Of a stretch of DNA of 64,000 nt, positions 46,581-61,871 are shown piece after piece. Made by a program: the position numbers and the translations under genes. Origin of the DNA: Podarcis pityusensis (Eukaryota). The DNA is taken from NCBI GenBank assembly GCA_964106645.2, contig OZ067039.1, one strand, 5' to 3'. Position 1 is the first letter of the stretch; each line of letters starts with the position of its first letter. The notes beneath the pieces are model-generated. The model did not search any database, was not told the origin of the DNA, and was given only the letters and a program-made list of their open reading frames with translations.

Positions 46581-49500
46581 GTCTGAAGGGGCCCCTAAGT
46601 ATTCTTAGAACTTGTGAGCATATCCTGATATCCAAGATACTACTTCGGAGTAGTCCCAAGGGCAGCTACTGATGCTCAAAGTGTGATTAGGTAAAGTATG
46701 GCTGACATGCAGGCTAATCTATGTTTATTCTGAGGTAAGTCCCATTCAGTTCCAAAGGCTCCCCGGGACTTACTTCCAAATAAACATGGATTAGGCTGTG
46801 TGCCTACCCCATGTTCCCAAATCACACTGTGACTATCAGTAGCTCCCTATTTCCACCTCTTCACTAGAAGCAGCATACGAGAAAGAGATAGTCCTACAAG
46901 AGAGCCCAAAAGCCTTTCTAGAAATAGCTCTTTAACCAAGGAGGGCTGGCAGGATTGCTTAGGCATCTGGGGCCTCTCAGCAAGGTGAAAAGCAAACCGT
47001 AGCTTGATATGCTCTTTCCAAAATGTCTTTATTGTGTTGAGACAATAAACCAAAAGGGATGCACAAATATATACAGGTCAAGTAAACTGACAGTCATTAG
47101 TCATCCTTGTTTCAGTTCCCCCACTTTCATGGTCCCAAGAACATTACACTGACAGGTTAACAAGTTCCCCTGCCCTTGCCACAACTCAGTAATAACATAT
47201 GTATTGTTTGGGACATAATGCATCAATTGAAAGGCTCTGTCCGCATTTCGGAAGTATCTGGGTGGTAGACCTCTAGATCTGAGATATATGATGTGTGTGG
47301 GAACAGGCCCAGGGCTTCTTTGCTCAGCCTGAGTTAGCATGTGGAGCCTAGTTGTATCAGTAACCATAGCCAATAAATGCACATGGGTCCTGCAATGTAT
47401 GTAGATATCATATTGCTTTTGAGAAATGCAGAAGTGACTCCAAGGGCTTTTCTCAGTGAGGGGGTACCTGGAGCGTTCGCCAGCCCTGCCCTAACCTGTC
47501 CTCCAGTATCCCATTGTAAATCCCATGGACTTTGACACCCACCCTGTCAAATAAATCCTCTTTCCTTTGTCGCAAGGCAGCTTGCCAGGTTGTGTTGTGT
47601 TTACAACTGCTCCAGGTGTTCTAATGTAAACACTACCTCCATCTGCTCAGCTCCCCTTGGGAGAGGACAGGTTTCATTTATCCCACCGGAATCATTTCAT
47701 GGCTACGTCCGCATTACGAAAATTCTTTTGCAGTGCCGCCAGCCATGCAGGGAGAGCCCAAGCAGGTAGGGTCTTTTCTCAGCTTCAGGTGAATACATGG
47801 AGGTTGGTGGGGCCAGTGAGCAGGGTTCCACTCTCCCCATTCGGTCCACACATTCCTGTCCCTGGAAATATTACATGAATTGGATTGCTCTGGGACTTAG
47901 CAAAATGTGCTATATTCCTTACAGCGAGGTATGAGAAGACTGATAATTAGTACAGTCCATTCATGCATAGTGGGCACATGGTATGATAGCATTTCCTCTA
48001 TGCCTTAATTTAATTTTGTGCCTTCAGCCCAGCTGTGCATTCCTGAATGTAGGCTGATAATCAAAGGAAATGTCCTTCTATGCATTCCCTTGTATCTGGG
48101 ACTTACGGGAAGGAAGGGACTCTGCGTTTGGGTATCATCTCCTCCCGTGCATTCTCCCCTCTGTAAAAAAAACCCACAGAGTTTTTATTCTGCTCCCCTT
48201 GCTCCCACTTCCAAAATGAGGTCTACACACAAAGCAGAATATGGTGGGATTGAAGTGGCATCATTCTCAAGTGGTGGACTTCACTGTGACCTATATTGAA
48301 TTATTTCCCTGTTTGAAAAACTCTCCATCAGTATTCAAGTAGCACAACAGGAAGAGTTCTGAATTAGAACTCCCCGGCGCTCACTTCTAGGATATGTAAA
48401 TCTTTAAATGGTACAGTATAGCTCAGGCTTCTATCTGATGTGGAGAAGTCTACTCCATCACTGTAGGATTCTACCACCTCATTCTGCTAAGAACAAGGCC
48501 TTATTTGTTGTCACCACAGACAAATTATTGCGTTGACTCTTTATGAAGCTGAGATTAAGAACATGAGAACAATGGGAGAACCCTGCTGGATCAAACCAAA
48601 GACCCATATTGTACAGAATCCTGTTCTCACGATGGCTGACCAGATGTCTCTGAAGAGCCCATAATCAGGAAATGAGTGCAGTAGCACACTCCTGGCCGCA
48701 ATCCCCAGCAACTGATGTTCAGAGGCATCCAACTGGAGGAACTAGTCATTGTGATTACTTGTGCATGTGTGTGTATCTGCTGATTATAACATTTCTATCC
48801 CACCTTTCCTCCAAGAAGCTCAAGATGGCTTACATTGTTCCTCACTTCCTATTTTACCCTCAAAACAACCCTGTGAGGTAGGCTAGTCTGAGAGTTAGCA
48901 ACAGCATGAAAGCACTCTGAGTGTTATAAGGTAGTCCAGCACTCCAATCATCACTCTACACAGGGAGTATCCCTCTCTGTGTTGTAAGAACAGCTGTGTG
49001 AATATCAATTTTCTTCCAATATATACAAATCTCTTGGCTTCCCGACACATATATGTGGATGGAAATCTACACCTACATGCCCGCTTTATGCTACTTGATA
49101 TGCATGCTCTTGATACACAGATAAAATTCTTTACATGCAAAACAGGCAACAGGAGTCTTTGTCCTCCTACGGTTTGTGGAGGTCTGCTGTAGTCTTGCGC
49201 ATTTCATTGTGCTGACATAGTTTGCTGAAGCAATAATTCTGCGACTGAGGATTCTGTTGCAGGATTCTGTGCCGTCAGTGCAAAGACTTGTGGCATCTTA
49301 AAGGCTGAAAGAACTTTTCAGCCTGAGAGCCACATTCCCATCTGGGCAACCTTCTGACAACCACTGGCCAGTGAAGGGTGGGGACAGAGGCAAAAGTGGG
49401 CGGAGCAATGAATGTAAATGACCCCTTTGTACAGTAGGCCAGCTTCCACACCCACTCACCCCACCACTTCCAACACTCCTCTGTCCTCCATCTAGACAAG

Positions 49501-52030
49501 CAAGAGGCATCATCCAAGTTTAAGGGCACATTTCAGCTTTGTAAAACATTTGCGTTGTGAAGCAGGAACACTGAGGGGCACAGCCTGGGGAGAACTTTGA
49601 GGGCCATATGTAGGTTTTATTCAGCCCCTGAGACCAAGGTTCCCAGTACTGCTCTAGAGGGCTGTAGGACTCTTCACAGATTAATATGGCTATCCATCTG
49701 GAATTTATCAGTTGAGCTGGGCAAGATGTTATTCAAATGATTAATCTTTTGGGGGGAAAATGCAGCACAATACAAGTTGCATTAGCTTATGAGAACTTCT
49801 CCTAGAGAATTATGTCTTCTGTTCTGCCCACACCAGCTCAGATGAATCACTTGACTAGGCCTCATGTTTCTCTGGGCCAGTTCCATGGACAGGCACAGAA
49901 GCAATGTAGCTCTGAGCTTTGGGACAGAAGGCAAGTTCCAGATGGTTCTTTGGGCTGTGGTGTGGATGGACAGAGGCCAAGGCTGTCACAACTCCTGGAT
50001 CGTACTTTGGTCTGCTCAGTGAAACCACATGAGGTGGAGCAGGGTTTCACAAAAGGGGCTTTTTACAAGATGTGAGAGAGCAAAACAACTCTCTCTCCAC
50101 CCCCAGCACTGAAAATACATGAGAATTTGGGAGTTTCACATAACGGTCAACCAAAGGTTTTTTGGCCAAGCCATTGTAAGAGCTGGCCTGTGGTTCTTTT
50201 CATTCCATGGAGTTCTGACAGAAGGCAGAGCTGCTGCTGTGAATTTTTGACCAGCATCCTGTGACATATTTTTCTTCACTTACTAACAGCTGCCGGTGAG
50301 GGTGTGTGTGTGTGTATGTATGTGTGTGTGTGTGAGAGAGAGAGAGAGCGCGCAGTTGGATAGGGGCCATGGTGCTGTGCCATTTCCTCAGTTTAACATC
50401 TCCCCTACCCCAAGATGCTAATAATAACATAGGAGGGGAAAATGCAGGCTCCATATGGGTACCTGTCTTTCTTTTATTATTCAGGTTCTTCCAACATTTA
50501 TATACCGCTTTTCTCCACAAAATGGGTTCCAATGCAATTAGTAAAACCACCCCATTAAAATAATAAACATTTAAACAGTAAAGCAAAAAAACAACACCCC
50601 CCCCCCCGCAATAAAATCACAATATTGACAATGCTAAGATTTCGGCATTGCTTTGCATTTGTCCCTTTAACAGCTTGTAGCAGTTTCAATGGACGATTTA
50701 AATCGGAATAGAGCAGGGGAAAGGGTGAATTTTCCCCTTCCAAATATTGTGGCCCTGATTTAAAACTTGTGTCTGATTTTAAACAAAGGGGAAGAAGTTG
50801 GGAAATGGGATTGCAGACTTCCGACAGCTTTGCACCTTTAGACATGCTATGACTGTTGCTAGCCGTTGTGCTCAAGCATCCACATCTTATTGACATACAA
50901 GTCACCAAGAGGGGCCTCTTTGTGAATATATAGTTTTGACAAATGGGAGAATATTGAATTAGAATACTCAGAGCAGGTGGACTGGAAACAGAGGTGTTTG
51001 CCGGCTGGAGCTGGGCAGGCAGGAAGTGTGGCAAGGCAGATATGGAACAGGGAAGCAAAGACGTAGTTAGGCGCTAGCTCCAAAGGAGGTTCATCTTTTA
51101 GGCAGGGTGCAAGTTGTTCAGACTGGGGATCCTTGTTGGAGCCTGAGTCTTCATAGGACCTGGTGTCACCCTGTTTGCCCTTTATGTCACCTGACAGCTG
51201 CTGTGTTAATGACCCATAGCCCCTCTTATCCATCTGCATTGGTGGTGCCCAAGGACTGTGAATAGCAGACCAGCCTTCTTTTGTTGCTTCCTGCAATGGT
51301 GTGGCCAGCAAGTTAGGTGCTTGGGTCTGCATTCCAGGTGTTTCCCTGACCCATTGCGCGTTGTTGTCTTCAAAACTATAAGGGAGATGAGCCCCAAGAA
51401 CTCTGGTGTGCTACTCTGAGTTCTTCCAGGAATTTATTAGAACCATAAGAACAAATCACTGGTGCTTAACTTTGGCAGAACAATAGATATTTCCAATGGG
51501 TGTGGCACAAGCCTCATGCTGTGGGGGCCTAATCATGCGAACATACGTCTGCTCTCAATTACTAGCATGTAGGTAATCCCAGTGAGGTTTGCTGAGCTGT
51601 TATTCTTTCTATAGTATCCATATGCCTGTCCATTCTGGAGGGTGGGTGGGGTGAGATCAAGAGCGGTCTATGAGCTGGGCAATTGGAATCTCTTCCCTCC
51701 TGGCTTCCTCACTCATGAGAAATGGGAGGACCCCAGCATAGGCAGATGCTGAAAATTTAAAATAAATAAATAAATCTCTCACCTCTGCCTTGTCCCTGAA
51801 GCCCTTCAGGCAACAGCAATGGTGCCCGAGTCAGGCCTTCTCTGGCAAGGTAGATGGGCAGGTGTAAATAAATAAATGTGTGTGTGTGTGTGTGTGTGTG
51901 TGTTGGGGGGTATTGTTTTTGTTTGTTATTATGGTATGCAGTTTTCTGTTTTTATATTGTAAACCGTCCTGTGGTCCTCAGATGAAGGGCGGTATAGAAA
52001 TATAAATAAATAAGACACCAACAATAAAAT

Positions 52031-52389
52031 TAATAATTTAATAATTTATTATTTATACCCCTCCCATCTGGCTGGGTTTCCCCAGCCACTCTGGGCGGCT
52101 TCCAACGGAATATTAAAAACAATACAAGGTCAGACATTAAAAACTTCCCTAAACAGGGCCACCTTCAGTTCCCTTTTAAAAGTAAAATAGTTGTTTATTG
52201 CCTTGACATCTGCTGGGAGGGCGTTCCACAGGGAAGCGCCACTACGGAGAAGGCCCTCCGCCTGGTTCCCTGTAACCTCACTTCTCGCAGCGAGGGAACC
52301 GCCAGAAGGCCTTCGCTGCTGGACCTCAGTGTCCCGGCTGGATGATGGGGGTGGAGACGCTCCTTAAGGTATACAGGACCAAGGCCGTA
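52031..52389 (-). mobile_element. L2 LINE 3' fragment, tail-to-tail with another LINE tail (about 51910-52013, +)
   Basis: Colinear with 39362-39699. Confidence 0.85.
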
Positions 52390-54624
52390 TGCCTATGCCT
52401 GGGGAAAGGCTTCAGCTCAGTGACAGCATGCGGAAGGCCCCAGTTTTCAACCCCTGGCATATACAGGTAGGGCTGGGTGAGACTCTTGCCTGAAACCTCT
52501 GCCAATCAGTGCAAACAGTACTGAGCTGCATGGACCAGTGTTTTGACTGTTTACTTGTATGCATGAAATCTGTGGTGCTGCCTCTTGTGTGAGGAGAGCC
52601 AAGCTAAGCAAACCCTTTGAGGAGGCACTGCAGCTCTTCCATCTTCCAAGTGTCCAAGTGGCAGACTGTTCACCTGCATGCAGTTCTTACCCAAACACAG
52701 TGAGAAAGTATACTAAGAGAAATGATAATAGAATACCTAAAGAGAGAAATATGTGCTCATTTCAAATTGCTGGGTGCTATCCCCCAAATACGTAGCACAA
52801 AACTAGTTAGCACAGGTTAACTCATGTCATTGTAATGGTATGCTTCATGGCTAGCACATAATGCACCATACACATTGTCAAATAGAGAACATGACAATAA
52901 ACGTGTCACCAGGGTCAGTGATTAAAGGGGGTCATATATAAAAATATAATTCAAGGGAGCAAGCTGTGGTGCCACTCAGTCCCAGGTTCATGTGGAGGCA
53001 TTGGGTGTGTCCAAGTGATTGTGCAAATCGTACACTATTGTGCAAGGGGATTTTCCTCTTTGGTTCACAACTGGGTTAGAAAGTGGTGATTATTTTGCCA
53101 AAATTAATAAGCCCTCTTGCAGCAGTTTTTACTAGTCTGAGATGGTAGCATGTCTAGCCTGTTGAGTCACAAAAATGAGTAAACAGATGTAGCAGGCAAA
53201 AATGTGCCATCATGATTAATCATTGTCAACGAGACCTCAGCTTAGACATTTGATCTGGGGCAGCTTCACAGATTTTAGTCTCTGCCTGCTTGAAAGAGGC
53301 AGTGGCAAAACAACTCCCCAAGAAACCCTCCCTGGATTCGGAAAATCTAAGTAACAGCCAGCCAGTTGCTAATCTCCCCTTCTTGGGCAAGGTTCTTGAG
53401 ATTTGTACCTCTGAACTAGGCCAGTTTGTAAGTAAGGTTTTATGAGTCCTATGTGGTACCAGCCACCACTAGATGCAAGCCTTGATCCACACGGAAGCAA
53501 CCTGTCTCCTCATTAATGTAGGGGCTTCTACATCCTATCTATCCTAGTGCTGACCTGAACTATTTCTTCTTTAAATGTGATGTTCTTTATGTGGAATAAC
53601 CCACCTCATATAACCAACATGCTTAAGTATAAATAATGCATGAAGGGGTTAAAACCATAGAGTAAGCTGTCCTGCCAGGCTTAGCTACGTCACTTCCCTT
53701 ACCATGGGAGGAAATAGGCAATCAAGCCTATTGTCTTGTCCTACAGTCAACCTGTGAAGAGGCTTGAGCTGCTTGCTCTGATTCAACTGCATGGCTTTCA
53801 TTAGCCTCTCTTGAGTTTGTAAATCAATAATTTAGGACTTTCACCACCTTTTTAACGAAGCTAAGTTTTACTGCTTGTGCAACTTTTCTGAATGAATCTG
53901 ACCTTTGGAGAGTTTGTACCATTTTTAAACTTATCAAAAGTGTAGCCTTTGGCTACAGCGGGGGAAGAGGGAAACTTTGGAAAGAAACTTTTTAATGGGA
54001 CATTTTGGAATTCACTTGGAGTGGCGCACATTTTGAGGTTTTACAGTCTATATTTCCACACTTTACTTTGCTGCCTATTTTGTGACTTTAAATATCTACT
54101 GGGGTTCTCTCACCAAAGCGTACTTGCCTCAATCTTGGATCTTGGCATCCAGAAATTCTCTTTTCCATTATTATAATTTTTTCACCAATACTTTGATATT
54201 TAGAAAGTCTGAAACAGCCAGGATCTAAAAACCCCACCATTAAATGGGGAAAGTTCCAGGACAGGGGATGGGGGTCTACATTTTGCTCTGGTGATGACAA
54301 GCCCTTACTTTCTGGTCTAATACACACCCTCCCAACTTTTCACAGGTAGAAATAGTGACACTCCTGCATACATGAAATAGTCCTGTTATCACACCAAGGT
54401 GTAGTGCTTAAGCATCTTCAACTTACTATTTCATATTTGCTAAAAGCTTGGCTTTCTGCTGCATGTTATCTCTGTGGTAGCTTGTCCTGCACTGATTTCT
54501 CTGATGCAGATTGTGTTGGTAAGCTAAGAGTTTACTTTTTGAAAGCTTAAGACTGTGTAATAGAACGTTTAATGTCACAACTCAAGACACGCAAGAGCAT
54601 TGCGCTCACATTACCGCCATAGAG

Positions 54625-54653
54625 TGCGATGTTGTCTCCCCACAAGGGGGCAT
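54625..54653 (+). promoter_or_regulatory. Candidate CTCF site
   Basis: CCCACAAGGGGGCA core with a TGC-starting upstream module at canonical spacing, in unique CpG-retaining sequence. Confidence 0.4.
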
Positions 54654-54814
54654 TGATGGGGTGGGAGCATAATTCACCCTATGCAAAGGTGTTCACACCT
54701 TGACTACAGCTAGATTAGGAATGGCTAAAGGATGAATTGGGAATGGACTGAAGCTGGTTTGAGAAACAGCTAATCGAACAATAGTATTTTATAACAAAGT
54801 ACAGGATGCATAAA

Positions 54815-55162
54815 GGGACGTGGGTGGCACTGTGGGTTAAACCACAAAGCCTAGGACTTGCCGATCAGAAGGTCAGCGGTTCGAATCCCTGTGGCGGGGT
54901 GAGCTCCTGCTAACCTAGCAGTTCAAAAGCACGTCAAAGTGCAAGTAGATAAATAGGTACTGCTCTGGCGGGAAGGTAAACGGCGTTTCCGTGCACTGCT
55001 CTGGTTTGCCAGAAGCGGCTTAGTCATGCTGGCCACATGACCTGGAAGCTGTACGCCGGCTCCCTCGGCCAATAAAGCGAGATGAGCGCCACAACCCCAG
55101 AGTCGTTCACGACTGGACCTAAAGGTCAGGGGTCCCTTTACCTTTACCTTTACCTTTACCTT
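54815..55162 (+). mobile_element. Sauria SINE with a small internal deletion
   Basis: Head, (ACCTTT)n tail, TSD TACAGGATGCATA. Confidence 0.92.
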
Positions 55163-58100
55163 TACAGGATGCATATGCATGTTGGATAATGTCATGTGTA
55201 CACAGATTAAAAACCCAGCACTGGAAATGCAGGTGTGTTTGGATCGGAAGCTATGCAGGTAAAGGAATAAGAGCCAGTTTACAGGCAGACACATTCATGT
55301 GTTTTTTTAAAAAACAGTCTTCCTAAAATCTCCCCGAAAGACAAAAAAGGACGAGTGGTTTGCCAGAAATGGAGACCAACCCAGGGAAACAGATTGAATA
55401 TATGCAGATATTCTCCCTTCTCCAGATGCTTTGGAGACCGTTGCTGTGTTGCCTCATGGAGAAGCAACTATAGCTTAGTAGCAATGCTTTGCATGCAGAA
55501 GATCCTAGGCAGACTCAGTGCTTGGCATCCTTGGAAGAAGTTCAGTGAGTAGGTGACATGAAGACCCTGTGCCTGAGATGCTGGATGGAATACCCTACTG
55601 GGGTAAAAGGGTCTGTCTGGAATAAGGCAGCTTCCTGTTGCCTTCAAATGGAGTGATGGGTACCAAGACAAAGGCAGCCGATTATGTCTGGGTACCCCAT
55701 TATGCTACGGTAGCCAGATGGAAAAGAGGTCAGGGCTCCTACACCTGTCCTGCTAACTACACCTGCTGGAATCTCCTATTTCTACCACACAGCTATTAAA
55801 GGTGCAGTAGCTCAGTTCCCTTTTGCCTCTGGCCAGCCAGCACAGGCAAGGGAGAGGCAAGGTTTTCAAAGGACGCTTCTACTTGGAAATGAATTTCTTT
55901 AATATTCAGGATACCTTTAAGGACACCCGTCAAGCCTTTCAACAGGAGCAAGTTTACACCAGGAGTGGGGAACCTTTTTGGCTCCGGGGGGGGGGGGGTC
56001 AGATCCTTACTGGGATTGGGCCAAACTTTGAAGGGGGTAGGGCTGCTCATCCGTCAATCACACTGTGTCATTATGAATGGCTTGGCCAGGGCCATTAACT
56101 TAGCAAAGAGATTGGTCTGTCCATTTCAGCAATCCCTTCTACTATGGGCTCCCATCTTACTGATGAAAAACCTCAGGCTTGGAGGGGACCCAAAGACATC
56201 ATCCAAACCAGTCTCCCAATCATGCCATACTATACCTGATATGGATAGGAATCTATGAGCCAAGGCCTTTTCTTTTTTTATAAAGGCCTACATGCATGCT
56301 CCAGCTCTATCAGATAATTATGTCTGTAGCTGCAATACAAAAACATTACCAATGGGAATAATTGTGCTGTCACATATTTGAAAGGTCTGATGAGTGGGAG
56401 AACAGAGGATTCAAACCAGATCAGGCAGAGACTTCTTGGGAACTGCTTGCTTAGGCTACTCTTTCATCCCCCCCTACCGACCATTTTTGGAACGACTAAC
56501 TTTGGTAAATTAAAAACTCCGGCTCTTTAGCAAACCGGTTTAGGCAGTTTTCAGGAGGAACACTCGTTTTAATATGATTTTTTTTTTGTCCGTGCATTTC
56601 ACATGGCTATACATCTGAATGCAAGATCAAAACTGGCTAGAATGCACATCTTTAAAACACCCCTTTCTTCTCTTTGACAAATTAGCAGCATTCAAATGGG
56701 ATGAGTTTGCTTTCCCTTTCTCGTTTTTTTATTTTGCTCCTGTGGCTTTAACAGCAATCTTTAACCATCACAACAACAACAACTGCACACCCACAGACAC
56801 ATTTGGCAGGGGATGCTTTTCCTGGCAAGGAGGTTAAGTGTAGGAGTAGCTTCACCTGCATAATTTCGGTGTGTCAGGCTGCTGTTAAAGGCAGGTCAGC
56901 ATGACAGCCTCCTCTCAAGACTAAGATGTGTTTTTAGCATCACTCCTGCAAACTGCCTGTAGCAAAACAGACTAGTGGTTTCTGGTCCTCTCTGTGTATT
57001 CCAAAGAATGTGTGAGAACATAACGTGGGTGTAAGGGAGGGGGGTGGATATGCCTTCCCCACCCACAAAGTTCCCTCCACCTTACTCCACGATCAGACAT
57101 TCTGCATTGAGCAGGGGGCTACTGACCATGTTGGCTGAACCTGCTTAGAATTCTCCTCATGATCAGGAACGCTTATAATGATTTGATTCTTGTTCAGTCC
57201 AATACACTTAAAAGGTCTCTTCAGGCCTTCCTACTTGATGCAGAAAGTTTGGTTGTGGAGCAAAGTGGAGGCATTGAGGATGGTGCATGCATGCCTGTTC
57301 TCTCTGTGCACTTTGCACTGCATGAACAGAGGGTGCATAAACTGCAAGGCATGGAGGCCAATATGGTGCAATTACAAGCAATGCCCTTTGCGTACTACGG
57401 AAGTACCCAGCAGGGGTTGGGAGTACCAGTTGATGTTGCATTAATGTTCTGCTTGCAGGTTTCCCACAGGCATGTGGTTGGCCACTCTGCAAACAGGACG
57501 CTGGACTAGGTGGGCCACTGGCTTGATTCAGCAGGGCACCTCTTATGGGTGGGCAGACTTCAGCCTTGTGGGGGGTCTACTTCATTTTTATTACCTAGAA
57601 TCCTGGGGTCCACCAACCTGGTGCAAAAGTCAAACCGTTAAAATGTAAGATTCTGAGACCAAGGGTACCAGAGCTGAATGCAGCTCATAGTCCTTTCACA
57701 CAAACATCCACTCCTGATTACCCCCAAGTTTTCTTCATTTAATTCCAGCAGTACAATTTAATTTGTGTGTAGTCATTTTCTTGTCACTACAGAAACCTTG
57801 GCAATCTACTGCAAATCACCCAGGGATCTACTAGTAGCTCTAGCTCTGATTCCTACTCTTGCCTAAGGAGCCCTTTAGGATGCTTATGCATCAGGTTCCC
57901 TTATACTTCAGGTATGCCCTTTATATTTAGAATCATAGAACTGTAGAATTGGAAGGGGCCCCAAGGGTCATCTAGCCCAACCCTCTGCAATGCAGGGAAT
58001 CTGGTTGGCCACTGTGATGAAATAGTGCTGGACTACATGGGCCACCTTGTTTCCTTAGGGGTTTTAGATTCTGGGAATATAGTCTTGAATTAAGCCTTTC

Positions 58101-59792
58101 TCTTGATTCTGACCAGCTTATGCACTATAGAGTTTTTATTTGGGCAAAATACAAAGAATGGAAACTGTATTTTTTAAAAAAATCAATAAAACCACTCACT
58201 CTGTGTCCAAATCGGTGTTTTGCTTTCAACAGCAATTAAGGGGATTTTGAACAATTTCAAGCCAGGTTTCAGCATTTTTCCAGTTGCCTGTTGTAATGAG
58301 GGCTGTGAACTCTTGGGCTTAGTCACCCTAGAATGATGTTACACTCTAAAATTCTTGTTCTCTAGGATGTTGTAAGGGGCCACTTTATTTCTAAGAACTG
58401 AGCAACCTACGTAGCAGATTGTTGAAAAGGTCCAGCAAACTGAAAACACAGCTGTTGTGATGTGCGACTCCTTTCATCTTGTGGAACTAGAAGATCTATG
58501 GGCTACAATTGCAAAACAAAACCTGGCAAAACAGACTAAAGTGTGGTGGTGTTGCTAATTTTATAGTCACCTGTGTTATTATAGTAGTGGTGACAAGGAG
58601 CAGTCGGTGGCAAAGGAACCCTCAGGGAAACCTAGCAAAGGAGTTCACCTGTTATACAGTTCTTATTACTCCAAGTGAACCAACCTGTTACAGGGAGGTG
58701 TTTTGCTACCTGTCATACACTTGCTAGGCAACTCCCTTTACCTGCCGCAGCTCCAGGCAAAACCTGCACTGGATTTTTAGGTGAACGTGAACTGGATTCT
58801 GAGTGCTGTTTCTATCGCTGAAGTACTTTGTTGTAAGAGAGTCTCTCTCTAAATGGGCAAAATCTACTTCTGTGCCAATGTTGGGCTGTTGTAGTATTGT
58901 CATTTTCAAAATAGAACACCATGAGGCATGCAGGCCGTGATTTCAGCTGGCAACTGCTTAAAGCCAGAAAAACAGATCTGTATACAGTTTTGCTGTAGAG
59001 ATTTCAGACACGGAAGTGTGAAGGAAACCATCGCTTCTTCAGAACAACAAAATATCACCTGTCAGTAACAAGAGAACTGAACTGCTCCTGGGGCTTCCTG
59101 TTTTCCTCTTGTGCTACATCTACAGGCACTTCTTCCTCCCTCTTCTTGCAGCCAGAAGGCTCCCTTGCACCCTTGGCAAGGAGATTTATTGGCGCCCCCT
59201 GCCTCTTGTTCCTTTGCCAGAGGAGCCTGTGTGCCTTGCTCAGTGGCCCAGAGCAGCAGAAAAGAGGCCCAGGAAGTGTGCCAGAATGGAGAGGCATGTT
59301 TTTGCACCCCCCTGATCCTGCGTCCTTGGTGGGGGTCGACCTGGTCAACTCCTAGGTACACCCCTGCTTGCAGCCCACAGTTGCTGCTCTCTGGTGATCA
59401 CAGAGGAAGAAAGCCTGTTTTATGTTCTTGCCTCTTACCCACATCCACATGCATTTTTTGATACCTGGTGTGCAATGAATGATGGGTGCCATTCAACAAC
59501 CTTGACAAACAGCTCTTCACAGTCCTGGACTGTTCCATTGGAGGTGGGGAAGTGCAGGACTGAATGTTATCCTGCTCACCTAGAATGTGGCGCTCCATAC
59601 CCCAATCAATAAAGTAGTGGTTGCACATGGCTACTAGTCATGGTGTTTATATTTTCCTCCCCCATAGCAGGAACACTATGCCTCTCAATGCCAGTTGTTG
59701 GGGAACACAAGTGGAAGAGTGCCATTGACTTCTCATGGGCATCTGATTGGCAACTGTGAGAGCAGAACTGGACTAAATAGGTCTTGGGTTGA

Positions 59793-60143
59793 GTTTCTCC
59801 AGCCGCTCTGGGAGGCTCCCAATCGAGTGTTAAAAACAATACAGCATTAAATATTAAAAACTTCCCTAAACAGGGTTGCCTTCAGACGTCTTTTAAAGAT
59901 AAGATAGCTGCTTATTTCCTTCACATCTGAAGGGAGGGCGTTCCACAGGGCGGGCGCCACTACCGAGAAGGCACTCTGTCTGGTTGCCTGTAACCTCACT
60001 TCTCTCAATGAGGGAACTGCCAGAAGGCCCTCGGTGCTGGATCTCAGTGTCTGGGCTGAACTATGGGGGTGGAGACGCTCCTTCAGGTATACAGGACCGA
60101 GGCCTTTTAGGGCTTTAAAGGTCAGCACCAACACTTTGAATTG
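59793..60143 (-). mobile_element. L2 LINE 3' fragment
   Basis: ORF 59847-60134: LTFKALKGLGPVYL...AFSVVAPALWNALP...FKRRLK, an RT C-terminus. Confidence 0.88.
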
Positions 60144-61871
60144 TGTTCGGAAATGTACCCTATGGTAAAGGAAGAATGGCTTTTCTTCCCCTTCTTGCTA
60201 CAAAATGCATGGCCCCAGCTTTGTACTGCAACAGAGAAAAGTTATGGTAATTTCTGCGCACCTATTGCACATGGAGAGAGGGAAAAGGACATCTACCAGG
60301 AAGTACATGTTCACTGGAAATTAGCTTCAACCATTCTACAGGAATGTGGCAATCCTGGCTAGTCTGCGGCAGCCCTTTTATGAAGGGAAGACAATTGATT
60401 TTGTGCAATTCAGTACAGAGGTTTCAGCAAAGCACAACAAAGAGGTGAAAGGGTTTTTAAAGTGCTTCCGTATATGGAAGAGTTAAAGGACCTGCAATTC
60501 TGTATGTGCTTAGGCTTGAGAGGAGAAGACTAAGGCAAATTTGACATGATAACAGTCTTAAAATATGTATAAAGTTTTGAGAGTTTAGGGTTATTATTTT
60601 TTTAGAAAGCAGATGAGATTGCTTTTATTGCTAGAGATTTTAGGACAAATTGCCATAAATTGTTAGGGCAACAAGAAGCAGGAAAGTTGATAGGGAAAAT
60701 GCCTCAAAGGAAGGACTGATAAAAAATGGTTTCCTGGCAATGGTTGTAGAATGAAGAGTTTTAAAATGATTCAGAATTAGCAGCTGGGTGATTGTTGCAG
60801 CAGCAAGATGTGATGCTTTAGACAAAAGGCTTTGGATTAGAGGGTCTTTGTGAGTCTGTATACATTGTATAATGGCTAACTTGGGAGTAGTGAACCCTGT
60901 GGGGCTTACTTCTGAGTAGACTGTATGGGATTCCACTGTTAAGCTGCAATCCTAAGCATACTTGCTTACTTGGGAGTAAGACCTACTGAACTCAGTTGGA
61001 CTTGTTTCCAGCTAAACATGCATAGGGCTTGGCTGCAATTCCATTGTCTTTTTATTATTATTATTATTGGACACCTACATCTTGAGAGAAGAACCTTTCA
61101 GCTGCAAATGTGTTCTGTGATGACGGTACAGTGCAGAAAAGAGCACGTGAACCTAGCATTGCTTGCCCCCTCCTCCCTGAGAACATAGGTCTGACAATCC
61201 AAGTCTCAGTCCATCTTGAAGTGTAATCCCTCCTATCTACTGTGTTCCTGATCTAGAGTAGTCATTTGTTGAAAAGAAAAAGCACCACATCACCAAAATG
61301 GCATTGTCATATTTCAGTCTAATGGAAGAAATTAGCCTCTGAAAAGCTATTGATTGCACAGCTTGAAAGCACAAGGCCTCTAATCTTGGTTAAGCTAGCA
61401 AACGTTTGATCTTCATAAAATAAAAAGAGAAATCTTTCTAAAAATACAGCCAAATCTGGGATGATATAGACCCCGAGGATTTGGCAGGGAGAGAACTGGC
61501 CTGGAAGCCTTTACAGATTCACTAATTATCCATAAAAGGTTACATACAAGTACAGATTACATTTAATTGCCTGTTTCATTGTGGAAACTTGCCATTGCTG
61601 GGGAAACTGTTGGGTGATATTTTCACACATGCTATGCATAGTGCCTTTGAGCTGCACTCCTACTGCTGAGGTGCATGTGTGAAGCTGGGTGGGCAGCTGG
61701 GCAGCTGGGTAGGAATGGGAGACAGAAGCCTTTTTATGACCTGGATTCATATTTCACCTGGAAAAGAACTTGGAACCAAATGCTCGCCTGTGAATCGAAG
61801 CTGAGCATTACGAGCCACCAGTTTGCATTGTGAGCCTTTAAATTAAAAACTCTGGTGGTATCTCCATGGCC

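Noticed and set aside
50555-51332. 167-aa and 157-aa minus-strand ORFs
   Set aside because: Non-ATG starts, no domain resemblance and no convincing splice sites; compatible with chance.
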